Source: a virus (Duplodnaviria; Heunggongvirae; Uroviricota; Caudoviricetes). From it: a stretch of 7,631 nt of DNA. Location of the stretch: IMG/VR virus record IMGVR_UViG_2695420456_000026; one strand, written 5' to 3'. Position 1 is the stretch's first letter. Each line of letters opens with the position of its first letter. Below are positions 1-6,309 of the stretch, piece after piece. The translations under genes were made by a program, and so were the position numbers. The notes beneath the pieces are model-generated. The model worked only from the letters and a program-made list of their open reading frames with translations, was not told where the DNA came from and did no database searches.

Positions 1-513
1 CTATGTCCTTGACGTCATAGCCGACTGGCCGATAAACCGGGTCGGCGAACTGCTCCCCTGGCGCGTAGCACTGCCGACTGAATAACACATCCCCGTCAAT
101 ACGGTTCTTGCTGCACGCTTACTTTTCTTCACGGTACAGATGCGGCGCATGGTGGATTCATCCGTCAGCATTCGCATGATTTCGGTGTTCAGTTCGGGGA
201 TAACGGTATAACCACCATCAGCGGGAACGCCTGTACTCAATGCGCGGGTTTCACCTGTCAGAATGTAGTGACGTAGTTCGGCGGGGTCAGTGGTCTGGCT
301 GTTTTTGCCTGGTTTACTGCGCTCTTCGTCAGCAACGGCCTCAAGGCGGGAGATGTCTTTATCGAGGGATTCAGCTTTAGCGCGTAATTCGTCAAATTTT
401 GCGCCCTCAGCATCGTTAAGGCTGCGGTTTTCTTTTTCCGCGTTCTCCAGCATGTCGCGCATCTGATTTTTAATGGCGGTTTTCTGCTGGCGTAATTCGA
501 TTATTCTCGGCAT
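1..513 (-). CDS. Capsid-like protein, about 170 aa. Residues 1-130 resemble the N-terminal part of HK97-family major capsid proteins (coiled-coil region followed by a ...LSTGVPADGGYTVIPELNTEIMRMLTDESTMRRI... block). The C-terminal 40 aa do not look capsid-like; possibly truncated or frameshifted.
   Basis: ATG at 513 (MPRIIELRQQ...) with AGGA about 8 nt upstream; the track ORF starts further up at a GTG (561). Stop TAG at 3..1. Family resemblance is from memory of HK97-type capsid N-termini, not a search. Confidence 0.45.
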   Translation of the reverse strand: MPRIIELRQQKTAIKNQMRDMLENAEKENRSLNDAEGAKFDELRAKAESLDKDISRLEAVADEERSKPGKNSQTTDPAELRHYILTGETRALSTGVPADGGYTVIPELNTEIMRMLTDESTMRRICTVKKSKRAARTVLTGMCYSVGSATRQGSSSPTRFIGQSAMTSRT

Positions 514-543
514 AAAAAAAGTCCTGAAGTTAAGTAAGGAACT

Positions 544-669
544 CCAGGACGCGGCAAACACTCAACCGTTTTTCATAAGGAAATCAGCAATCGCACCGAT
601 CGTTTTCCCGCCTGGTAATGAATATTGGCGGGCACATTAACAGGCGGGAAAGTGGCCCCAGCGTCCTGG
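544..669. promoter_or_regulatory. Nested inverted repeats in the intergenic region upstream of the capsid-like gene: CCAGGACGC (544-552) / GCGTCCTGG (661-669) enclosing TTTCCCGCCTG (604-614) / CAGGCGGGAAA (641-651).
   Basis: Repeats read directly from the sequence; function unknown (operator, structured leader or packaging-related site). Confidence 0.3.
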
Positions 670-769
670 CACCACGGGCGAGAATAATCATGATTCAGTT
701 CGGGTAAAATATGCCGATCCGGTCAGCGAACAACGTGGAACAACCACGAACAAATAATTTACAAAACAT

Positions 770-794
770 GACAAAAAGCCGGATTGCTCCGGCT
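770..794 (-). terminator. Rho-independent terminator for the leftward operon: hairpin AGCCGGA-TTGC-TCCGGCT followed on the minus strand by TTTTTGT.
   Basis: 7-bp GC-rich stem at 777-794; the T-run on the transcribed (minus) strand is the complement of 770-776; sits 7 bp downstream of the stop codon at 801. Confidence 0.6.
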
Positions 795-800
795 GTGTGA

Positions 801-1073
801 TTATCTGTCCTGGTAATTTCGCCATATTTCATCACCAGCACCATCCATACCCATTTCGGCATAAGTGCGATCGACCGCCTTTTTCAGGTCTCCGTAATTA
901 TCCGGCGGCTCCGGTGGCCTCTGTGCCTTCCTGGAACATTCCAGCCGTCGCATCGTGATGTGATGCCGTTCCTTGTCTGTCTCCACCAGTTGCATGACTT
1001 CACCCCATCGCGCCGACGCTCTCCGGTAAAAGCCTTTCGCCTCCAGTTCTTCCGCTATGCGGTCATGTACCAT
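801..1073 (-). CDS. Small regulator-like protein, 90 aa, possibly PerC-family (motif ...AEELEAKGFYRRASARWGEVM...RRLEC...).
   Basis: ATG at 1073 preceded by GGGGTGGGGA; the track ORF starts at a GTG (1082). Stop TAA 803..801. The PerC resemblance is a recollection of the KGLWRRAA-type motif and is unverified. Confidence 0.45.
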   Translation of the reverse strand: MVHDRIAEELEAKGFYRRASARWGEVMQLVETDKERHHITMRRLECSRKAQRPPEPPDNYGDLKKAVDRTYAEMGMDGAGDEIWRNYQDR

Positions 1074-1085
1074 CGTCCCCACCCC

Positions 1086-1496
1086 TCAGAACGGAATATC
1101 ATCACCGTAAGGGTCATCGCCTCCCGCTGGTGGCTGATTACCCTGTGTGCCTGTGGTCTTGCGTCGGCTCCCACCAGGACGTGCCGCACGGGCACTGATT
1201 ACGCTGTCTGCAATAACCTGATAACCCTGCCGCGTTTCCCCGTTCTGTCCGGTCCACTGGCTGACCTGCATCGTGCCGGATACGCTGGCAACGTCGCCTT
1301 TTTGATGTTTAGCCAGGAAGTCGGCCTGCTTACCAAATGCGATGACCGATAGCCATAACGTCGCCTGTCCATCCTGTGCCTGGCTGCATGGCAGCGATAC
1401 CGCCATACGCGCCAGCGTCATCGGTGTACCCTTGCTGGTCTGTTTTACCTGCGGGTCGTCCACCAGCCGCCCGTAAGCTGCAATTTGTGCTGTCAT
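1086..1496 (-). CDS. ssb: Single-stranded DNA-binding protein (SSB), 136 aa, OB-fold with acidic C-terminal tail ending DDIPF.
   Basis: C-terminus ...GGDDPYGDDIPF is the hallmark SSB tail; Gly/Pro/Gln-rich linker before it; SD GAGGTGG 4 nt upstream of the ATG at 1496. Confidence 0.85.
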   Translation of the reverse strand: MTAQIAAYGRLVDDPQVKQTSKGTPMTLARMAVSLPCSQAQDGQATLWLSVIAFGKQADFLAKHQKGDVASVSGTMQVSQWTGQNGETRQGYQVIADSVISARAARPGGSRRKTTGTQGNQPPAGGDDPYGDDIPF

Positions 1497-1505
1497 ATTG
1501 CCACC

Positions 1506-1811
1506 TCAGTGAAGCGATCCGGCGTTGTTCTTTTTCATCTCTTCCATCATTTTTTCAGTGAGCATTACGCACTGAAAACCCATGTTTTTGATGTCTACGG
1601 GCTTCATGCCTTTATCAGTGGATATCACAGGCAGAATATCCTGATACACATCGCGGTCAGGGTAACTAAGCACACAAAGCGCCCATGATGCCACGGGTGA
1701 GGATCCTTCGTCTGTTTCAACCCACCAGCCTGGTGTAGCTGCGCTTATTTGCTGAATCGTGATCCGTCCGTTGTGCTTGTAAAGTTTTTCACCAAATTTT
1801 GGTTCGCTCAT
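1506..1811 (-). CDS. Hypothetical protein, 101 aa (MSEPKFGEKLYKHNGRITIQQ...).
   Basis: ATG at 1811 overlaps the upstream stop (ATGA overlap at 1808-1811); SD GGAGAG about 9 nt upstream; ends 9 nt before the ssb start. Confidence 0.55.
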   Translation of the reverse strand: MSEPKFGEKLYKHNGRITIQQISAATPGWWVETDEGSSPVASWALCVLSYPDRDVYQDILPVISTDKGMKPVDIKNMGFQCVMLTEKMMEEMKKNNAGSLH

Positions 1812-2059
1812 GATTCCAACTCTCCGGTTTTAACGTTGATGGTTGTTACCTGTTCCGCTTCGGCAATCTCCCGTTCTGTCAGCGTGGCAAAGTTTGCCGC
1901 CGCCGTGGTCATGAATGCGCTTATCAGGTCGGGATGTTCCTTCGCGTATCCTTCCCGCGTGTGGCGGTCTATCGTTCTGATTGCCACCTTTAAGGTGTGC
2001 TCAGTCATGTCTAACGCTTTATATTTTGGCTCTGTTCTGTCTCTGCGTTTTTGGGTCAT
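1808..2059 (-). CDS. Hypothetical protein, about 83 aa (MTQKRRDRTEPKYKALDMTEHTLKV...).
   Basis: Preferred start is the ATG at 2059 with GAGAGG upstream; the track start at 2089 lies inside the iteron array. Stop TGA 1810..1808 overlaps the next start. Confidence 0.5.
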   Translation of the reverse strand: MTQKRRDRTEPKYKALDMTEHTLKVAIRTIDRHTREGYAKEHPDLISAFMTTAAANFATLTEREIAEAEQVTTINVKTGELES

Positions 2060-2068
2060 TTCTCGCAA

Positions 2069-2261
2069 CCTCTCACTTTTTCGCCTCACTTTTTCAAGCG
2101 TCTCACTTCGTCGCAGTTGGGATTTTCGGTTTTTCTATGTGTGTGTTTCATAAGTATTTTTTTACCCCTCACTTTTGAGGATGTATACAGGTCGAAAAGT
2201 GAGGGGGAGCGGGCTAATTTTGGCCCTCTTTCTATCCCCCTCGCTTTTGCTCCTCACTTTT
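2069..2261. repeat. Candidate replication origin: at least six direct copies of the iteron (C)CTCACTTTT (cores at about 2072, 2085, 2102, 2168, 2253, plus variant CTCGCTTTT at 2240), one inverted copy (AAAAGTGAGGGG at 2195-2206), and an AT-rich stretch (2120-2164).
   Basis: Repeats read directly from the sequence; CCCCTCACTTTT (2165-2176) and its inverted copy form a 12-bp inverted repeat with an 18-bp spacer; array begins at the stop codon of the helicase gene. Confidence 0.65.
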
Positions 2262-3660
2262 ATAGCGGCGCTACATCATCCCCATCGATACGAATAACCC
2301 CATCTTTTTCCAGCTTGTACAGCCAGCGCCGGAAGTTTTTCATTTCATACCCCAGCTTTTTCATGTCATCACGTAACATCTGGATCGTGCACTTGTCGCC
2401 GTTCTGTGTGCGTGAACGGATGCACCCCCATAGCGCGGTATGGTTTTCCGTCTTGTTCCCTGCCTCCTCGATGCGCTCCAGTTCAACAGGAGGGCGCGGA
2501 TCATCCACCACCACCAGCGACGTGATTAATTCACCGTCAGCGTCGGTAAAAAGCTCCACCACGCGTAAGTCATATGCGGCTTCTTTGAGTTCCTCCGCGT
2601 CCTTCATTTTGGTGCATGAGATAACCAGCGCTTCGCTTCCTGCGTCCTCCCTGCGTATCCGGTATTCAGCATCCAGCGAAGCACGAAATGCACTGGAACC
2701 GCGCGCGCCTTTCGTCTCATCCTTGCCGGAATGGTGAACCACCAGCACCGTGGCCCCTGTGCGTCGTTTCAGTTCGTCACAACCACGGATAAACGCCCCC
2801 ATATCACGGGAATCATTTTCATCATTCCCACCAAAGCAACGCGCCAGCGTATCCAGAATAATCATGCGTACAGGTTTACCCGTTTCCCGCTCCACCTGAC
2901 GGGCAGCGATAACCATTTCATCAACATCAAGCGGGGCAGCCGGAAAGATGGGGCGGTTTACCAGATACAGATTTTTCACCTGCTCATCGTGCACAACCTC
3001 CCAGGCTTTTACACGACGCGGAACACCTATACCGCCTTCACCAACCACATAGAGAACCGCACCATGTGCAACCCTGCGGCCTCCCCACTGGCGACCAGTG
3101 GCAACATGGCACGCCCACGATCCGGCAAGGAATGATTTATAGGACCCGCTAGCCCCGTATATGCTGCATAGCGATACCGCCGGAATAATCCCCTTAACCA
3201 CGTAATCCAGTTGCGTGTCGTATCCGGTAGATCCAACGCTCATCGGTAGCGTGGTTTTTCGCTGGTGGTTTTTTTCTTCCGCCGGCTCTTTCCCGCGCAC
3301 CCGTTCCAGGTATTCGCGCCAGTTCTCCCGCATATGGCTGTGCATCCCTTCGGGGTAATAATTCGCATCAGTTACGCCCGCCGCCGCCAGCTTGTGCGCA
3401 ATGGCATTAATATTTGATGGCCTGATGTGGCCTGCCTTGTACAGCCGGACACAATAGCGCCCCTCGTCGATGATTCTCAGGTCTGCCAGTTCATCCAGTT
3501 GATCATCAGCCAGCACAATGGGAGGCACATTATCGCCAGCCAGTCGCCCGTCCTGTTCCTGCCACTGTTTCGCATGTGCCCACGCATCACTACCCGCAAA
3601 AATGATGACTTCGGTCATCTTGTCGTAAGGCTGTTTTTTTAAGTTCGGTGCGCTTTTCAT
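2260..3660 (-). CDS. Replication protein, 466 aa: RepA-like / RecA-fold helicase (AAA_25-type) C-terminal domain with an N-terminal domain of uncertain identity (possibly Toprim-like).
   Basis: P-loop-like YGASGSYKS, VLYVVGEGG, Walker-B-like MIILDTLARCF, and LVVHHSGKDETKGARGSSAFRASLD in the same order as in RSF1010 RepA-type helicases; ATG at 3660 overlaps the upstream stop (ATGA). Confidence 0.8.
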   Translation of the reverse strand: MKSAPNLKKQPYDKMTEVIIFAGSDAWAHAKQWQEQDGRLAGDNVPPIVLADDQLDELADLRIIDEGRYCVRLYKAGHIRPSNINAIAHKLAAAGVTDANYYPEGMHSHMRENWREYLERVRGKEPAEEKNHQRKTTLPMSVGSTGYDTQLDYVVKGIIPAVSLCSIYGASGSYKSFLAGSWACHVATGRQWGGRRVAHGAVLYVVGEGGIGVPRRVKAWEVVHDEQVKNLYLVNRPIFPAAPLDVDEMVIAARQVERETGKPVRMIILDTLARCFGGNDENDSRDMGAFIRGCDELKRRTGATVLVVHHSGKDETKGARGSSAFRASLDAEYRIRREDAGSEALVISCTKMKDAEELKEAAYDLRVVELFTDADGELITSLVVVDDPRPPVELERIEEAGNKTENHTALWGCIRSRTQNGDKCTIQMLRDDMKKLGYEMKNFRRWLYKLEKDGVIRIDGDDVAPL

Positions 3661-3956
3661 TTCTTGCCCCTGAATCCGTTAACCATGGTTTTCAGCTTCT
3701 GGATGTTTGCCCGTGCCCTGGCGTTGCTGGTGGGCACGTTATGCGGCGCGGTCTGTACCAGAGAAAAATCACGCCGGAACTGATAAACAGGCATCACGCA
3801 ATCATATTCGTAACCTTCACGGCGGTAGGTTACGCGCCGTTCTTCCACGCCCTTAATCATTACCGTGCCGCCGTACTGGTCGCGGTAAATATCACCGCGC
3901 GTAAATTTAGGGTGAGTGTTGCCACTGGCAGTTAAGCCAGAATATTTAAGTTTCAT
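3657..3956 (-). CDS. Hypothetical protein, 99 aa, basic C-terminus (MKLKYSGLTASGNTHPKFTRGDIYRDQYGG...).
   Basis: ATG at 3956 with SD GGAGA about 9 nt upstream; stop overlaps the helicase start codon. Confidence 0.6.
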   Translation of the reverse strand: MKLKYSGLTASGNTHPKFTRGDIYRDQYGGTVMIKGVEERRVTYRREGYEYDCVMPVYQFRRDFSLVQTAPHNVPTSNARARANIQKLKTMVNGFRGKK

Positions 3957-3961
3957 TATTT

Positions 3962-4195
3962 TTATTCTCCGGTGTGCTGTTCTTTATATCTGTCGTGCAA
4001 TAGATCTATTTCTTGCAGTTCCATTATTACAGGCTCAAGAAGCGTTATTAATGCCGTGGCAATTCTTGATTTTTGTTTGTCGCGTTCATTGTCGCCAAGT
4101 GTTTCAAGCCATATGCGCAATATTTCCAGCATGTTTTCACTGTGAGAAAGTGCAAGAAATGCGCGGTCTATTGTTTGGTGGTAAATATCACGCAT
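3962..4195 (-). CDS. Hypothetical protein, 77 aa, predicted helical (MRDIYHQTIDRAFLALSHSENMLEILRIW...).
   Basis: ATG at 4195 with SD GAGGATG upstream; start overlaps the stop of the upstream gene by 8 nt (ATGCGTGA). Confidence 0.55.
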   Translation of the reverse strand: MRDIYHQTIDRAFLALSHSENMLEILRIWLETLGDNERDKQKSRIATALITLLEPVIMELQEIDLLHDRYKEQHTGE

Positions 4196-4652
4196 GGCTT
4201 ACATCCTCAGGAAATTTTCTTCTATAACGCGCCTCTGCCACATATTCCGCATAATCGGCGGCGATATTCAGTACATCAAGCCCCGTTGATTTATATTCTC
4301 TCGTGGAAAGTAAGAAAAAAGCCGCTCTAATAAGTTCTGGCATTGACGAAAGCGCATCAGCCGCATCATCAGGAACGCCGGAAAATTCCTGTTTCAGGGA
4401 ATTAAAACGATCATCACGCATAACCCCCCCATTTTCACAATCAGCAATCAGGATAGCTTTGGCCTCATTCAGCGCCGTATCAGCACTAAATTGCATGACA
4501 GCCAGTGAGTGAGGAACGAAAGCACCGGCATATTCTGTTTCGCTGGTGGCGTGCTTATGTGCCCTGTCCGCGATAACAGAAATATCAATCAGCGCGTGCA
4601 TCAGCGTTTTGATGGCTTCGGCGGCTGCGTCCGGTGTGGTTTTATTGTGCAT
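4188..4652 (-). CDS. Hypothetical protein, 154 aa (MHNKTTPDAAAEAIKTLMHALIDISVIADRAHKH...).
   Basis: ATG at 4652 with SD GGGGA 7 nt upstream; 11-nt overlap with the preceding gene (ATGCACAATAA). Confidence 0.6.
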   Translation of the reverse strand: MHNKTTPDAAAEAIKTLMHALIDISVIADRAHKHATSETEYAGAFVPHSLAVMQFSADTALNEAKAILIADCENGGVMRDDRFNSLKQEFSGVPDDAADALSSMPELIRAAFFLLSTREYKSTGLDVLNIAADYAEYVAEARYRRKFPEDVSHA

Positions 4653-4854
4653 AAAGCATCCCCTGAATATTCGTGTTAATCATTCCGGCACGTTTTGTGA
4701 TTTCCTGTAATGATTCCCTTGTGGCGACAATTGCTTCATCTGGTAAGTGGTAATTACACACCACGCGACCTTTATCCACATTGACCAGTAGCTGCCCTGT
4801 GAATTTCTCACGAAACTGAATGCGGTTAAGGTCAGTAAGTGACAGATTAATCAT
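4642..4854 (-). CDS. Hypothetical protein, about 70 aa (MINLSLTDLNRIQFREKFTGQLLVNVDKGRVVCNYHLPDEAIV...).
   Basis: Preferred start is the ATG at 4854 with SD GGAGG 6 nt upstream; the longer track start at 4896 has no such support. Confidence 0.55.
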   Translation of the reverse strand: MINLSLTDLNRIQFREKFTGQLLVNVDKGRVVCNYHLPDEAIVATRESLQEITKRAGMINTNIQGMLYAQ

Positions 4855-5044
4855 GGCGCACCTCCTGACGAATACGGGCGGCAAATACAGCAACACAACC
4901 GGACGGGCAACGGTTACGCGCTTCGCGTTCCGTCCAGGCGGTTACGTGGATGATTTGAGATTCTCCGGCACTCAGTGCCAGAAAACGCCACACAAAGGCC
5001 GTTTGTGTGTGTACAAGGTGTGGTATATGATTTACGGCAACCAT
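4847..5044 (-). CDS. Small Cys/His-containing protein, 65 aa (MVAVNHIPHLVHTQTAFVWRF...RNRCPSGCVAVFAARIRQEVRHD); candidate first gene of the operon.
   Basis: It is the 3' end of the 314-aa track ORF, but only this part has a strong SD (AGGAG, 5-nt spacer) before an ATG (5044); stop TAA overlaps the next start by 8 nt (ATGATTAA). Confidence 0.45.
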   Translation of the reverse strand: MVAVNHIPHLVHTQTAFVWRFLALSAGESQIIHVTAWTEREARNRCPSGCVAVFAARIRQEVRHD

Positions 5045-5106
5045 AACGGCTCCTAGTTTACGTTGTTGGTTAGACGCCCCGTATGTGTTCCCAGCACTGC
5101 GGGGCG

Positions 5107-5177
5107 TTGATTTTTGTGTAATGGCAAGTACAATGGTAATTACCATGTAGGTATAGCAATAAAGGGTAATTACCATG
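5107..5177 (+). promoter_or_regulatory. Candidate sigma70 promoter (TTGATT 5107-5112, 16-bp spacer, TACAAT 5129-5134) with two operator-like copies of the perfect palindrome GGTAATTACC (5135-5144 and 5165-5174; shared 12-mer GGTAATTACCAT).
   Basis: Palindromes are 30 bp centre-to-centre; the first overlaps the -10/start region, the second ends at the RHH start codon. The divergent operon must also initiate in this 5045-5175 interval. Confidence 0.55.
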
Positions 5178-5348
5178 TCAACACCATTAGAAAAACGTTC
5201 GCCTCCATACCAAATGCGATTACCGGAAGACTTCAGAGCGCAGCTAGAAGAAGCAGCTAAGGCCGATGGCGACACATCTTTAGCCACTTGGATTAAACGC
5301 GTTCTCCGCAAAGAATTACAGCAACGCGGCATAGAACCCAAAGGATAA
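5175..5348 (+). CDS. Arc/MetJ-type ribbon-helix-helix DNA-binding protein, 57 aa (MSTPLEKRSPPYQMRLPEDFRAQLEEAAKADGDTSLATWIKRVLRKELQQRGIEPKG).
   Basis: Absent from the ORF track (under 60 aa); read by hand. The xRLPxEL...A...G.S.N..I pattern is typical of the Arc family; the palindromic operators overlap its own promoter and start. Confidence 0.7.
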   Translation: MSTPLEKRSPPYQMRLPEDFRAQLEEAAKADGDTSLATWIKRVLRKELQQRGIEPKG

Positions 5349-5405
5349 AAACTATCAGCGCCGTGGTGTGAGGTATTACGGCGCATTGCTATGCAGGACA
5401 ACACA

Positions 5406-5579
5406 ATGACCGATAAAGAATTGACCAAAACATTATCACCGGCACGGAAAAGACGGCGCAGAAAGATAGAGCATGAATCAGAAAGATTCGCGCCATGTGC
5501 TTTTGCCCTTGAGCAATTCCTTAAAGAGTACAGGGAAACGCGCCCATTGCAGGTATGGCAACGAACTGAACCAGACTGA
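5406..5579 (+). CDS. Possible small basic protein, 57 aa (MTDKELTKTLSPARKRRRRKIEHESERFAPCAFALEQFLKEYRETRPLQVWQRTEPD).
   Basis: ATG at 5406 with AGGA about 8 nt upstream (track ORF starts at the in-frame ATG 5391); lies between the RHH gene and the terminator on the same strand. No family recognised. Confidence 0.35.
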   Translation: MTDKELTKTLSPARKRRRRKIEHESERFAPCAFALEQFLKEYRETRPLQVWQRTEPD

Positions 5580-5673
5580 TAGCATTGCCCACCAGCCTGA
5601 TAGCGGCTATCATCCCCGTGCTTATGTTTGGGATCATATACACATAAGGCGCAGCGGGTTATCTGTTCAGAAA

Positions 5674-5702
5674 GGCGGCTCCATTTCGGGGCCGCTTTTT
5701 TT
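5674..5702 (+). terminator. Rho-independent terminator: GGCGGCTCC-ATTTC-GGGGCCGC followed by seven T.
   Basis: 8-bp GC-rich stem (one G-U pair), 5-nt loop, T-run 5696-5702; closes the plus-strand RHH cassette. Weaker in the opposite direction (only TTT). Confidence 0.75.
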
Positions 5703-5848
5703 ATGCCTGAAAAACCCCAATTTTGTGGTTTTCCAGTCTCACCAGGGCGAACGAATCCCCGCCCACGTTCTGGCGTATATTCAATCTTCATGGTTATAGC
5801 TCTGTGTTCAGATGATTGATGTGTGGCGGCTGTGTGCCGCCAGCGTGA

Positions 5849-6037
5849 TTAATGAACTGCCTTGCAGCTATCCTTCCAGGCCAGAACCTCGGATAAAAAC
5901 CAGCCAACGGAACGACCGCCAAGTTTACGACGTGATGGGAATTGTCCGGCCTTTTCCAGGCGGTAGCGACACGTACGGCTAAGGCCGGTTAGTTTTTCGC
6001 ATTCTTTTTCACGTATAAACCGATCAGTGCTTAACAC
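5849..6037 (-). CDS. alpA: AlpA-family phage regulatory protein (MerR-like HTH; Xis/Vis-like), 62 aa.
   Basis: ...ECEKLTGLSRTCRYRLEKAGQFPSRRKLGGRSVGWFLSEVLAW is the typical AlpA HTH block; GTG start at 6037 with AGGGGG 5 nt upstream; located just downstream of int. Confidence 0.85.
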   Translation of the reverse strand: MLSTDRFIREKECEKLTGLSRTCRYRLEKAGQFPSRRKLGGRSVGWFLSEVLAWKDSCKAVH

Positions 6038-6309
6038 TATTGCCCCCTTTCGTTTCTTAAAGAGTCATCAGGTGTCTTATTGTGTCGTATTGTTCCCGCT
6101 AGAGTGATGAATGGCAAATACTGAGGATGTATGATTTACAGAAAATGAAAAAGTAAGAATAAAATCTTTTAAATTCATGTTAATACAAAGGCATAAAATA
6201 TTGTTCCATGCCTTTTTTCTCGCTCTTTAAAGAGTGATTCGCTAGTGTATAAAAAACCAGTAACACATTAAAAATCAGCTACTTATAAATCCGTACGCTT
6301 TTTCGCCTC

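Noticed and set aside
960-1352. 130-aa plus-strand ORF
   Set aside because: Antisense to the well-supported ssb and PerC-like genes; no recognisable motif or start context.
2069-2261. CRISPR array
   Set aside because: The repeats are 9-12 bp iterons at irregular 13-17 bp spacing, not 28-37 bp repeats with unique spacers; no CRISPR-like array exists anywhere in the window.
2051-2737. 228-aa plus-strand ORF
   Set aside because: Antisense to the helicase gene and the iterons, Ser-rich low-complexity translation, no ribosome-binding site.
3427-4330. Several 60-100-aa plus-strand ORFs (3427..3642, 3648..3935, 3916..4227, 4073..4330)
   Set aside because: All are antisense to the SD-supported, translationally coupled minus-strand genes and show no motifs.
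4847-5791. 314-aa minus-strand ORF as a single gene
   Set aside because: It runs antisense through the RHH gene and the strong terminator, has Cys/Ser/Arg-rich non-protein-like composition, and has no SD at its 5791 start. Only its last 65 codons look like a gene.
5473-5819. 108-aa and 63-aa plus-strand ORFs (5473..5799, 5628..5819)
   Set aside because: Both read through the strong intrinsic terminator at 5674-5702 and lack ribosome-binding sites.
5824-5842. Hairpin TGGCGGC-TGTGT-GCCGCCA just downstream of alpA as a terminator
   Set aside because: No T-run follows on the minus strand, so it is not a canonical intrinsic terminator; left as an unexplained hairpin.
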